A stretch of DNA of 63,160 nucleotides, counting the filler, from Intoshia linei (lineage: Eukaryota > Animalia > Orthonectida), in NCBI GenBank assembly GCA_001642005.1. It is 4 parts of 4 records of this genome, joined end to end, with 100 filler letters (N's around TTAATTAATTAA, not from the genome) between each part and the next. Parts side by side here need not be neighbours in the genome. Positions count along the whole stretch, not along the records: positions 1 to 21,914 come from LWCA01000623.1; 3 more parts are not named here. One strand, given 5' to 3'. Positions 1 to 12,876 of the stretch are shown piece by piece (position 1 is the stretch's first letter; every line of letters begins with the position of its first letter). A program made the translations under genes and the position numbers. Under the pieces are notes generated by a model. The model saw only the letters and a list, made by a program, of their open reading frames with translations, ran no database searches and was not told where the DNA came from.

Positions 1-1113
1 TTTATAAACATTTCAGTCGAATTTTACCATTATTGCAAAGGATTGTAATATAAACATGATATTAAGAAAGTTTTTTCAGTTTCGTTGTTGTTGTTACTTA
101 TTTAAATTTGAGTGTTTTAATAATAATGTTCTGAAAATGAAAATTTGAAATTTAAAAATTGCGAACGAATGAATTATACAGATTTTCACCCATATTTTTT
201 TTCAAATTGTAGGATCAATATTTACATTTTCAATTTTTATTTTAATCGAAATATTTGAAAAATATTGGTTGAATATATTAAAAGTATTTTTCACCCGGAA
301 TGCGTAGATTTTTGGTTTGAAATTTTGTATTTATATCAACTGGAATAAGCTCATTTCAGAATAATTCTTTTTTTAATTTTTGAACTTTTAATTATTTCAC
401 TTTTTTTGTTAATAAAATATATGAATACTAAAATGCTTTTTTGGCCGTGAAGTCATCACTTATTGGATTGAGTTTTTTTGTGTGTTAACAGGATACAACT
501 GTACCAGTTGTAATTTTTTTCAAATTTTAGGGCTGTTTTCATAAAAAAAGGGTAATTTGGGGTTTTGGCCCTGAAGATATAATTTTTTTTAATTTAAATT
601 TATGATAATGTTGATGATTTTAAAATCCACATCAACGTATATGTTTTTTAAATTCTCCAACTCGTTTGATTTTCAAAAAGAGGGACAACAGTGGTTTTCG
701 ACCCGTAAGATGTAAAATTGTGAGGTTGAAATTTATNTAAATTTTTTGAAATTCTAGGGTTGTTTTCATTAAAAAAAAAAGGGTAATTTGTGGTTTTGGC
801 CTTGAAGATATAATAATTTTAAATTTAAATTTATGATAATGTTTATGATTTTAAAATCCGCATCAGCGGATATATTTTTTTAAATTCTCCAACTCGTTTG
901 ATTTTCAAAAAGAGGGACAACAGTGGTTTTCGACCCGTAAGATGTAAAATTGTGAGGTTGAAATTTATCTTATTATACGTCCCGGAAAAAAACTGTAATT
1001 GAAATGTGGTCTTTAAAAAATTCTAAGAGTGGTAGTTATTTCAATAAAGTGGAACACACACAGACAGACAGACACACAAACAAAAATTGTGTAGCCTTTT
1101 ATATAAGTTAGGA
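1..1113 (-). mobile_element. Non-autonomous Helitron-like repeat, family A
   Basis: Minus-strand start TCCTAACTTATATAA followed by a GTCT/GT microsatellite. Strong similarity to copies at ~21573-21914, 32600-33300, 37325-37730, 58932-59710 and 62972-63160. Confidence 0.7.
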
Positions 1114-1593
1114 AGGACAATGTTTAGTACCGAAACAAAGTACCGATATTTACAATTTTATTTTTCTTGAATTTAAACTATTTAATACATGTATTTATGA
1201 CAATGTTTAAAGTTGTACTGTTTTTACTTTAATTTTAAGATTATACACGCATTTTCTTTACATTAAATATTATTAATAAATTATAAAAATGGGATCACAA
1301 AATTGTTTTTAAAATTATATATTATATTATATTTAAACAAATGTTAACAAAATAAAATTAAGTTGGATTAATTCACTTTAAATTAAAAAATAATGTGAAA
1401 TAACCGATCCGTGGTTAAACAAATTTGGGAACCACTCCTTTAAAAGATTGATAGTAGTGAAAATGCTAATTTATTAATTAATAATTTGGTTTCAAATCAA
1501 AAAAAATTATTGAAACTTTCGCTTTGCAAAGCTAGTTAATAGCTACTGTTTGACGTATTACAAATCAGACAAGCTAAATAAATTATATTTTAG

Positions 1594-4500
1594 AGGAATT
1601 GTTTTGTTATATATACTTTTCAAGAAATCGGTCGTATCAAAGACTATCAAGTTTTGTTATATTGGAAAATACCTTGCCATCAGATATAATAAAAAAATGT
1701 TTTAAATATATGAGAGGTTTATCAGATTTTCCAAATTTATACGACAAGGACTGTTCTACATACATGATGAAGACCTGTGGCAAAAATCAGTATTTATTTG
1801 ATGAAGTTCCAATAATATCATATACATTTGTGGAAGAAATGGTGTTTGAAAAAAAAGAAATTAGTTTTTTATTAATTCATCAAGATGAAATATACAAAAA
1901 AGGATATACTGTAGCAAGTGATTTAACATTATCAGCTAAAAAATTGGATAGAATTAACAAGGTTATATCCTACCACAAAAGATTTGATTATGAAATAGAA
2001 TACGATTGTCTCTTAGTTGATCAAGTATCCTATTGCGAAAGCAGTGAAAGCGATTGTGATGAATATGAACAAAATTTAGACACAATGAACATTGATGACA
2101 ATATTGAAGATAGTTTGGATATAGATACTGTGGTAGAAAAACCATTTCAAATTGAAATTTTAACGGTGAATAGTAACACGTTATCGATGAATAATAATAC
2201 ATTGCCGGATCATGGGGTTTTCTATTTTCAAATAGCAATGTTTATTGGGACAACTAGATTGACTGAATACTTTAATACTACAAAGGTGGACAGCGTTTAT
2301 TTAAATTGGCGCAGTTTATATGATTTGAATATTGATTATAGAGATGTGTGTAGAGATGCATACATTTCATTCCGATTGTTGCACATGTTAAAAAAGACGG
2401 GTAAAGTAGCTAAACATTTGTTTTGGCTAAATATTCCGGTTTACGATGAGAAAGGTTGTCCCACAATGGGTGAGATTAGTCATAGAATGTGGAAATTTCA
2501 ATCAAAAGTTGAAGATTTTGATTGTCCAGGTACAATACAAGAATGTGGCGACACTTCTGCTCCAATCCTTAATGTCCGTTTTAAAGTCCAAAAATTAGTT
2601 GATTTTCGAATTGAAGACAATTTGAATAAAATTATTGACAAAATTCTATCGAAAAATAAAATTAAACCAGTGAGAATAGAAAATGGTGTTGTGTCTTGTG
2701 ACTCTGAGACTGAACCATCTGCCTATTTTACTGAAATGTATAAATGGTTTTTTGTGGACAAATTGGGTCCTCCTTTAAATAGTGTACAAAAGAAAATGTT
2801 TTGGAAAGATAGGTATTATTTTGCCAATCATCCAGAGGTATTGGTTCAATACATGCAAATTGTAAAATGGACTGATATGAAATGCATAAACGAGTTTTAT
2901 GCTTTTTTGCAGTTATTTGACCATGTCGGGCTGAGATTTGCTTTGGCTTTGCTGGACAATCGTTTTGTGGATACAAGAATCAGAAAATTTGCTGTAGACT
3001 CTTTAAGAAAACATTGTAAAGACGAAGAAATCATTTTATACATGATTCAATTGATTCAGGCTCTTAAGGCTGAAAAATATTTAGATAATGCTCTCATATT
3101 TTTCTTATTGGAGCGTTCCTGGAGCAATGCTAGGGTCGGGCATTGCTTTTATTGGACCTTGTCTACGGAATGTGCGGATCCATATTATAAAAATCGATTC
3201 AATATTTTTTTGTATATTTATTGCAGGTATTGTGGAGAATTTTCACACAGTCTAGTTAATCAAGTTACGGCATTGAGAAGATTAAATATTTTGGCGGTTC
3301 ACATGAAATATAATTCTACAGACTTGGACCATGTTTTACAGAGAGAATTGAGCAATCCTGAAATTAAAGCTGCAGTAAGTAATTTTATTTCTCCCATAAA
3401 CATTTCCCATCAACATGGCAAAATTATACCGCATTTATGCAAAGTCATGACCTCAAAGAAAAAACCATTGTGGCTTGTTTGGGAAAATTCGGACCCTCAA
3501 TCTCATTTATATTATAAAGAGTATAATTTAATTTTTAAGAGTGGCGATGATTTACGTCAAGATATGTTGACTTTACAAATGTTTCGCGTTTTGGATCGTA
3601 TTTGGAAAGACATTGGTGTCGATGTTAAATTGATACCATATGGTTGTCAATCTATCGGCCACGACGTCGGTGTTATAGAAGTCGTCAGAGGTTCTTGTAC
3701 ACTTTACGCTATTCAAAAAAGTGCTGTGATGAGTGCTATGCAAATTAATAGCGCTGGATTGTTGAAGTGGATCAAATTGAATCATTCCACTGCTGATGAA
3801 TACAGGAAAGCTATTCAAAATTTCACTTATTCTTGTGCTGGTTACTGTGTTGCTACTTACATTTTAGGTATCAGGGATCGTCATAATGATAATATAATGC
3901 TTACCAAAAGTGGTCATGTTTTTCATATTGATTTTGGTCATTTTCTTAATCATAAGAAAAAAAAACTTGGCATTATACGGGAGCGTGTTCCTTTTATTCT
4001 TACTAATGATTTTCTAAACGTTATTACTAATGGAAAGGATAACCCGCTAGAGACTAATGAATTCAAAATATTTACCAAAATTTGTCATAAAATTTATGCC
4101 GGTATATTTATTTATTTTATTCAATGTCGAAACTACCATTTTGTAATAAATGGTGGCCAACTGTGAGTGGTTACTTACTTGATTCAAGGACAGCTTAAAC
4201 TTGTTTAAGGTTTAAGCTGTCCTTGCTTGATCAAACCTACTTTTAAGTGTAATGGGTTTGACTTTACTATATATTAATTGTTTTATAATTATTAAAATTG
4301 AAAATCTTCCTTAAAGACTTTCCAGAAGAGTTTTTAATGGTGTAGTTTGGACATTGATTTTTTTAATATTTTATTTATATATATCTTGCTTAATTTAGCT
4401 TTATTCGATAGCCACCAATTTTTTATTAATATTTTTCTAATGATGATACCAAGTGGAATAGAAGAACTTTCTGTAAAAGATATTGAATATTTGAGACAAA

Positions 4501-5297
4501 TATTATGTGTCTCTTTGTCTTTAAAAGACGGTAAATTTGTTAATTATTATTTTTTATAATTTTTATCAAAGTTTTAATTTAAATAGAGGTTCGTCGATTT
4601 TATCGTATACAATGTATACTATACATGTAGTTTAAACTTTAAACATTTGAGAACCAATCAAGCAAAATTACTCGCTTTAGAGAAAAATAGATACAGTCAA
4701 TTCTGTTCTATATGAACATGAAGGAACCAGGTTTTGATCATGTTCATAATATACTGTAATATGAACATATATGAATGGCGATAATAATATAATTAAAAGT
4801 TTTGAAATGTCCAATCCATGTTTGTTCAAACAAAATTGTCGTTTTCATATTGAGATGAGTTCATATTCTAGGATGTTCATATAAAACAGAATTGACTTTA
4901 CATGTTTTTTAAATCTTGTTTGAATGGTATTTTTTATGTTTTCCTTGACATAAAGTTTAAATGTGGTAGATAACTATACCAGGTATTTTAATCATGGTTT
5001 ATAAGAATATCTGGCATTCAAATTGGGCAAAGGGTTGTAGTTTGGTTTTATTGATGTAGAGATTGTACTGTAAAAAGTACATATGGTATATAATATTTTA
5101 TTTGTTCATTTAGCTAGAAACTATTTTGATGCAGATATGTTAGTTTCCATTAATATGAGTTGGACTACCAAGGTTGACTGGTATTTGTTTATTTAATTTA
5201 ATTATTACAACACATTATATCAAAATTGAGATATTTTTCAATTAAAATTTTCATAAATTCCATTTTTAGGTTTTGGCATTGGACTGCTCATAAATAA
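1594..5297 (+). CDS. PIK3CA: Class IA phosphatidylinositol 3-kinase catalytic subunit (p110-like), 5'-incomplete; exons 1594-4101, 4399-4530, 5114-5180, 5270-5297
   Basis: Ras-binding-domain-like YMMKTCGKNQYL, helical domain LIQALKAEKYLD, kinase motifs MTSKKKPLWL, FKSGDDLRQD, DRHNDN and DFGHFLNHKKKKLG (class IA activation loop). GT-AG splicing gives the C-terminus MMIPSGIEEL...SWTTKVDWFWH*. The exon is preceded by a TTTTAG acceptor, so the track's TTG start is not real. The paralog-level symbol is tentative. Confidence 0.93.
4185..4225. repeat. 41-bp hairpin / minimal MITE in a PI3K intron
   Basis: CAAGGACAGCTTAAAC-9nt-GTTTAAGCTGTCCTTG perfect 16-bp inverted repeat, flanked by CTTGATT / CTTGATC. 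Confidence 0.7.
4694..4898. mobile_element. Tigger/pogo-like MITE in a PI3K intron
   Basis: TA|CAGTCAATTCTGTTCTATATGAACAT ... ATGTTCATATAAAACAGAATTGACT(T)|TA terminal inverted repeats with TA flanks. Confidence 0.8.
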
Positions 5298-6406
5298 TTT
5301 TTTTTGTATAAATTCCGTTTAAATTAAATTTTTTATTTGTATTTTTATGTAATTATATTTTTCTGACTTGTATTATCTTATCCAGTTTTTAAGTTTCATC
5401 GGATTACTTACAGTTGTGATTAAAAAACAAGATATTTTAGAACATTTGTTTAACTCAGTGTTTCTCAACCTTTTTTAATACACTAATTATATTAGAGTAC
5501 TTATTTTGATATTACTTAAAATATTTTTTTAACTGCATATTGAATGGTCAGGTTCTTAGAATGAGAGCCACCAAATTTTACAAAAAAGTAAAATAAAATT
5601 ATTTGTTAATAATATTTAAAATAAAGGGGAATTATGTTTTTGACGCTGAAGGACTGAATATAGGAAAATGTAAATGTATTTTATACATATATTTATGTTG
5701 CATAGAATTATATGGGGTAGTCGCAGAATGTGGATTAGTATAGTAGTAACATTATCCATGAAATGTATACATTCTACGACTTGCCCGTGGAATATGTACA
5801 TTTCATAGTTGTATTCTATTACATTTTATACCAGTGGTTCCCAAAATGGCGGCTTGGCCCCACCAGTATAGAATCTATACGATATTTATACTGTATCAAT
5901 AATTAAAAAATATTGTAAATACTGTAAAAAAATAAAAAAATTTTGTATTTTTTTAGAACAAATTTCTCAATTACGTATGAAAAATATCAAATTACACACG
6001 TGTGTTGTGACAATAATAATAAAGAGTTGCGCCTGTCGCAGATCGAGTTAAGATAGTTTTATGGACCCGAGGATCGTATGCACTCCATCCCTGATATATG
6101 AAATTAATATATTCACTTAAATTTAGTAGTAATGGAAAAAAGATATTACAGTAAATGGCGTTAATTGTAATTGTAATTACTATCATTACCGAAATATCAT
6201 TTTTCACTTATTTATTTTTCTTAATAATCTTTACTTATATAATATGCTATGCAATATTTGTTTATGTGTGTTACCATTTATTTCAATAACTACCAGTCTT
6301 AGAATTTTATAAAGTCAAAAAGCCCAATTTTTATTTTTTTTGAAAATCAAACGAGTTCGAGAATTTAAAAAAAATATACTCTAATTCGAATTTTAAAATC
6401 AAATAT

Positions 6407-7055
6407 TGTCGTATGTCAAAACATTTACCATTTCAAAACGGTTACCAAATATAAAGTTCAGTTGCTATAGTCGAATTAAATTCAAATCAAAAATTTTATA
6501 ATAGCAAAACTAAAAATTGTTTCATCGTTATACAATTCATCATGGTTAAAAATTTTACATTTATAACTGTGCAAGATAAAATAAATTTAATTAATATTCT
6601 GCAAGAAGAAGATCTAATTACTTTGATTAAACAAGAAAAATACAAAATTAAGATGAAGGCTCAAAACTTTACAGTTAAAGATGGTGAATTGTTTTTTTTG
6701 AAAGGTTTTTAAGTTATTTATGCCGTATATATTAAATTTTCTAAATAATGGAAATTCAAAGCTGAAAGTATATAGTCACTATGAAGTAGATGCAAATGTG
6801 TTAACAATGAATGAAAAAATTAGATATCGGTATGAAACCATGTCTCAATCAATATGTTTTATTATAGGTGATAAAATCCGAGTCAAACATGATTTCGACA
6901 CCAAAGTGAAGACCAGGAAAAGACCTTTCGACTTCTCATTCTCTAATGAAATATTTACCGTTGTTCAAAAAAAATGTAACAATTACGTCATTGAATGTAA
7001 CTCATATCATGCCACACTTGTTGTAAATATTAATAGAATTAAAAAAATAAACTAA
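6407..7055 (+). pseudogene. Degenerate Ginger/Gypsy-type integrase fragments
   Basis: KYKIKMKAQNFTVKDGELF (integrase N-region-like), then a stop and a jump to GDKIRVK...IFTVVQKKCNNYVIEC...VNINRIKK (integrase C-terminal-like). No DDE core is visible. Confidence 0.4.
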
Positions 7056-7097
7056 ATTTGTGTATTTTGTAACGTTTACAGCTACGAAACAACTACA

Positions 7098-7305
7098 CCG
7101 TGTCCGTTCAAAATATCGTAAAAATATACTAATATTAGAATGTACAGACCCAAGTTAAAACTGAAATATTAAGATACCATATTATACCTACAAACAATAT
7201 TACAAAAAAATTAGAAATATTCTATGGTGTTCACATTAGAGAATATTTTTTTATCTAATTTATTATTATAAATTCTAATATTTTTACGATCTTTTGATAG
7301 TTCGC
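7098..7305. mobile_element. Partial copy of the element at 59876-60170
   Basis: Shares CGTGTCCGTTCAAA start, CAGACCCAAGTTAAAACTGAA, TATTCTATGGTGTTCAC and GATCTTTTGATAGT. Confidence 0.75.
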
Positions 7306-7880
7306 CCCATGGTTTGTATGGCAAAAATTAAACCATGGTTAAGAATGCAGTACGACATAAGTAATTAAACAAACATTCTTTCATTCAGTTTATGATTAAT
7401 TTTTCTATATCTAATATACAACTTAAAGTGACCCATAACAGTTTCAATTTCATAAATTATACCAAACAACAATAAGGATTAAATAACAAAATCTGACACT
7501 TGAATAAATATCAACGTGAAATTGTATTGATCACTTTTGAATAAATTTAAAATTCTATTGTTAAAAGCGTTAAAATATAGTATTGACTCAGTACTACTGA
7601 GCAGCACAATAAGTTGTATACTAGTAAAATGTTAATTGTGGACATTTGAACCAGGATAATTGCACGCATCACTGCCGATCGGCTTATACACGAATCAGTA
7701 TCTTAGTACTAAATAAATAATGGTCTTAAATGTTATAGTACTGTCCGGTGTATAAAACAATATCCATAACAATGGGTAAACTAATGATTAGAATCAAACT
7801 GGTTTACGGAGAGTATTCTAGTCAAACCATACTTACATTTAGAATTTAACAGGCGTATATTTTTTTTAATTAACATCAAA

Positions 7881-8123
7881 ATGTCGAAAAGTGAATTTGC
7901 TTCAGAGAAATACCCTAGATTGTTCCGCAATAGAATATGTGCGTCGGAAAAGTCGTGTAAAGCACCAGGTATATTGTAATTATTTTTTTTAAATTTAATA
8001 TCATTTAAAGAAAATCCTGTGTGGGTTTTATGTTTTGGGTGCAACAAGCTGTATCATGCCGATTGCGTTGAAACGAATGTGTATAATATCGACCATTCCT
8101 ACATTTGTAAAAACTGTAAATAA
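7881..8123 (+). CDS. Small PHD-finger protein or terminal exons of one; exons 7881-7968, 8011-8123
   Basis: Removing a 42-nt GT-AG intron gives ICASEKSCKAPENPVWVLCFGCNKLYHADC...YICKNCK*, a C4HC3 PHD pattern. The start is uncertain; the frame is open from 7788. Confidence 0.7.
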
Positions 8124-10568
8124 TCTTGTTGCTATTATTTTATTCATATGTACTGGATATGTACGATTTTTATTTAAATAAATTTTGTAAATCATTTTCA
8201 CTTTTATACAATCTGCGTTAATATCGTTGATTAATAGTTTGTCTTTTTTTGATTTACAATGATTAGCTTCAGAAATTCACATGAAATGTCGACATTTTTA
8301 ATTGAATTTAAGATCATCAATTTTACATTAAATTAAAAATTTACTTGCCTTTAAAAACAACGCATTCAATAATTATTTTTTGTAATGACACTAAAATTAT
8401 GAATATGGCACTAAATGATAATTATTTAAATTTAAATTCCATGTAGTACACGAAATTGATAAAATGTTTTGTAAGGATTATCATAATACATGTGACATAT
8501 AAACTTTAATTTAAATTTATGAGACATTTTAATCCTACTTCCGGTTTTATTTTTATGCTTTCGCTCGACGGTGTTGTCTTCATTTTAAAAAAATTAATAT
8601 GAAATTTGTCAAGAGAATAATATTATACTTGAAATTTAAAATATTGTCGGGATTAAATAGAAATCGAACGATGGAAAGGTATATTTATATCATATATAAG
8701 GTGTAGCAGTTAATAAGAAATTATAATTTACATACGTTATAGAATTTTGAAAAATTATTAGAGTTCTCATATGCAAGGTTCTATTCACATGTTCCAGTAT
8801 GAATTACCTTCATTTATATAATATTTTTTACGGCTATATACCTAAAAAAATATTTTAATTCAAATAAAATCTACACGTTTATCAAAAAAAGTTGACACCT
8901 TAATGTACATTGTACAATTGTACCTGAACTACATACTTCTTCAATCATACATTTCAGAAAAAACAACATTGGTTGATTTTATATTAAAATTTATTTTTGA
9001 CGGGGAATCCGCAGACGTCTGTATAGCAAAATTTTTTTCAATATCAACTGTAATAAACTGTACCAGAATAATCCTTACTTTTTAATTCTAGGACATAGTT
9101 ATTGAATTTTTTTATAAAGTTACTAGATCAAAAAATTAATAAATTGCTTCTTTGATTCGCGAAGGTGGCAATTTGAGAGATTGAATTTTTTGGTGTAGGT
9201 TAAATAAAAATAACTCTATTAGCTGTGATTTTTTTGATAATTATAGGATTTTTTAATTTATAAAAAAGGGTAATTTGTGGTTTTGATCGTAAAAATGCAA
9301 GTTTTTTAGATTTCGATTATTTGAATGCTCATGATTTTAAAAACTGCCCTCCACGGTGAGCCAAGTGGCTCCCATAGGATGAATTATTTTTGTAGGGGAG
9401 GAAATTTGTCAAAATAGTGCAATTTTGGGGATAATTATTATTTTTTAATTGTTAGATTATGAATGATCGAGTTAGCAATGTATAGAGTAATCATTTATTT
9501 TAAATTTTTTATAGGGCCCACAATTTCCACCTGGCCAGGCCTACTGGTGGCTCTCCACGGCCCTGTTAGTCATGCCTTATCAATAATACAAAAAATAATA
9601 GTTCATAATTTTAAGATTATTAAAAAGTTATCAAATTAATCTTTACCGTTCCAGTTAGCAAGATCTATCATATTTTGATGGCAATTGATCAATAATTGAG
9701 ACAGAATATTATTCCCATGTGTAACCAATAGTCATATGGTAGAATGTATAGTTGTTAAAATATCTATTCATTTTCCTTTGATGATTAATAAAGCTACTTC
9801 ATCTGACGCTTCAATAAAATACTTGAATTAAATGCGAAATTAATGTTAATCCCACTACTTTGACATTAATATATTGCAATATCACATACTAACACGAAAT
9901 CGTTTAAATTAATATAATCTATTTCCAACCATTACAAATACATTTGTACATGTCAATGTCTTATTTTATCAAAGTGATTCTACATTATAAGGTTCTTATT
10001 ATATTCTATTATTTATTAATAAAATTACAGAAATTCATGTACTCACTGCTGTGTTATGACTCATAACTTCATTAGTACTGCTCATTTATTAAATTTTCAC
10101 CGATCTAAAAATTATTTTTGACAGATGCTTAAAATTAAATAAGGCATTCAACTGAAAATTGGTTTTTCTAATAAAAAAAAATGGAAACACTAATATATGT
10201 AATAATAATATTATAAGTATGTAGTATCGTATATGAACAAGAGTGTTACCAACATTGGTGGTTTTATTCTCAGCAAAATTAAAAATAATTTTTATTTTTG
10301 TAAAGTACTTTATTATCTAAAAAATCTATTATTTATCCTACCATTAATAATATTAAATAAAAAATAACATTTCAAGTACCATAGCTAAAAATCCAATTTT
10401 TCGGATATATTTTTGAAAAATTCGATTTTACCAAATCTTACAAGATTAAACTCTTGATTTACCGACAAATGAAAAAATCTTTTTTTCCAATATTATTTGG
10501 AACAATCGAAAAACAAGGCTAAATAAATAATAATAGTTACATTATTTTGTTTTGACTTTAGTCTAATT

Positions 10569-11407
10569 CAGAGGTGCACAACGTGCGGCCGTGAGAAATC
10601 CATCTGATCATAATGCAATATATTATTTTATTCAAATTGAAAAGTTTAAATCAGATTTTATTCAAGGTCTATTTAAAATATTTTAATCGAAGAATTACAT
10701 TCTTGACTTTGCCCCAGTTTCTCAAATGTTACGATTGGCACACAAAATCAAGACAGTTACTGATATCTTTTTTTATGTAATTATTAATATTTACATTTTT
10801 ATTTATTTTTATGTCTTCCACTCTAATGTATCAACAAATCGGTTTTTAATAAAACTTTTTACTGTTGTCCAATTATTATTAATTATTTACCGAATGATTA
10901 ATGTTTTTCAAAAAAATATTGGTAAAAGGAAGTTTGTAACAAATTTTTTTAAAATCAGGTTTTTTCTTTTGGTATCAGTTGGAGGAATTATTCATCTAAA
11001 AGTTTGGTAGAATGAAATTTTTCACCAAAATATTGGTAAAAGCGATTTTTTTCTTTAAGGGTTGGTAAATTGGGTTTTTTCTTTTAGAATCAGATAGGGT
11101 AATTTTTATTCTAAAACTTTAGTAAAAATAGATTTGTCAAAAAAATAGCGATAAAAAGGGTTTTTTCCATAAGGGTTGGTAAAATTTTTGGTTTTTTCTG
11201 GTAAGATTTTATTAAATTGGATGATTGAAATAAATATATTAAAAATTTTAATAAAAAAATTGTTGAGATTAAAATTTAAAAAAAATTATTTTATTAGACT
11301 TAAAATTTAGGTCCAGAGTAAACTTTCTCAATGTCAAAAAAAATGCCGTAGTATCAATGATAAAAGTAGCATTGTGGCTGAATTGGTGGAAAGGTTGTGC
11401 AGCTCTG
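10569..11407. mobile_element. hAT MITE carrying an internal minisatellite
   Basis: TIR CAGAGGTGCACAAC / GTTGTGCAGCTCTG; 8-bp flanks GTCTAATT / GTCTAGCT. Confidence 0.8.
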
Positions 11408-12876
11408 GTCTAGCTGAATTATTAAATTTTTCACTTTAAATTCTTCATAATTATTGATACACGCATTTTTATCACTTTAGGGTTTGACTTTTGATACTTT
11501 TTTTAAATTAATAAAAAGCGATTTAGAATGTAGATGCCTTATTTGATTTTAAAATTTATTAAAAAAAAAGAGATGGGTTAATATTTACCCTCCCTCAAAT
11601 ACAATTATGAAAAGTAATTCAAAAGTGTTTAGATGAATAAATAGCATGACTTTAATTAATTGGCAGATGTTTGGTGGTTTCAATGGATATGTTTTCTTTG
11701 ATCGGTTTACCATATTTTATTGTGCATTTTGTTTTTTTAAATTCAGTTGTAATTAATTTATTTTGATTTTAATGGTGTTTGGATTCCTCATAATTAACCT
11801 CAAAAACTGGGAGAAAACTCAAAATTAATTTTTTCTCTCAAATTATCATAATAATATTTTCTATAAAATTATTACTGTTATAATGTTATTAATTTGACTA
11901 TCATATCATATTATCGAAGTACTACAATTGTATATTAACTTTCATTTTTACTTACTTGATACTTATAAGAATTAAAAATTTCTGAGACTCACTAGCGTCA
12001 TTGTATTCCGTTTATTTTTTACAAATTAATCATTTATAGATTAAAAAAATTTACTGGTTCTAACAACATTACTAGCATTATTTTTGAGTATAATAAAAAC
12101 CAGCAAATATGACCACTAATTTTAATCTGAGTAACATGAATGGCATGACATTTTTTATATTTTAACAATTTTTTTATCTGATCCAATGAATAACAATTTC
12201 ACTAGATAAATTTTAAATAAATTTATGTTAGTAAACATTAAATTTGTATCAAACAGAGTAAGCCATATTAAATGAGAAAACAATGCATTAATTTGTATAA
12301 TTGTATCTGATTACAATGTTTATCTTTATTATCTGTAAATATAAATTGACATATCAAATGCTTCAACTACTACTGTATATGCAGATTATACTCATAAATT
12401 GTCCATTAAATTAATGATTTTAATCTATTTATTATCTCAGATATTCTGTGAAAGTAAACTAAAATTATTATAATCACTCTTCACAGTCAAGTAACGACTT
12501 ATTAATGTACATAATGTTAATAGACTTAAATTAAGCACTTGTATTAATTTTCACACTTAAGTTAGTTCCAAATTATAAATTTGTCGGTCACATCAAACAA
12601 AATACACACGTTGCCTAGTTTGTCTATACATTCTCTGTACATTTGTTTCAGCTATTTAGATTTATTTTTAATAATGAAACAATAAATTATAATTTGAGAT
12701 ATAAACATAATTAAACATGGAAAAAGTCGTTTATAATTTTTATAGTAATAATTTTCATGTATAATATGTCATATTATAATATGATGTGTTATTAATAACC
12801 AATAATAACTTTTATTTATTTAAATTACAATTCCGTTTTTTTAACTTTAATCCAAAGTTATGCAACTAAATAAACA

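Noticed and set aside
500-968. Near-perfect ~230-bp tandem duplication
   Set aside because: The junction coincides with an N at 737 inside a multicopy repeat; probably an unmerged contig overlap.
1963-3818. Short antisense ORFs within PI3K (similar ones within TIAL1, the EF-hand gene and 61262-61557)
   Set aside because: Shadows of real coding exons.
9647-10085. Exon-like minus-strand blocks with in-frame TGA (9732-9734), suggesting stop-codon reassignment or selenocysteine
   Set aside because: HUS1 and EAPP end in TGA, conserved Trp residues use TGG, other stops interrupt the region, and no SECIS was recognised.
10726-11010. Hydrophobic 60-95-aa ORFs here and elsewhere in the track
   Set aside because: Chance ORFs in AT-rich or TE DNA, often with TTG/GTG starts irrelevant in a eukaryote.
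12230-12480. Cadherin-like motif AYTVVVEAFD on the minus strand
   Set aside because: Surrounded by stops with no supporting cadherin motifs; insufficient evidence.
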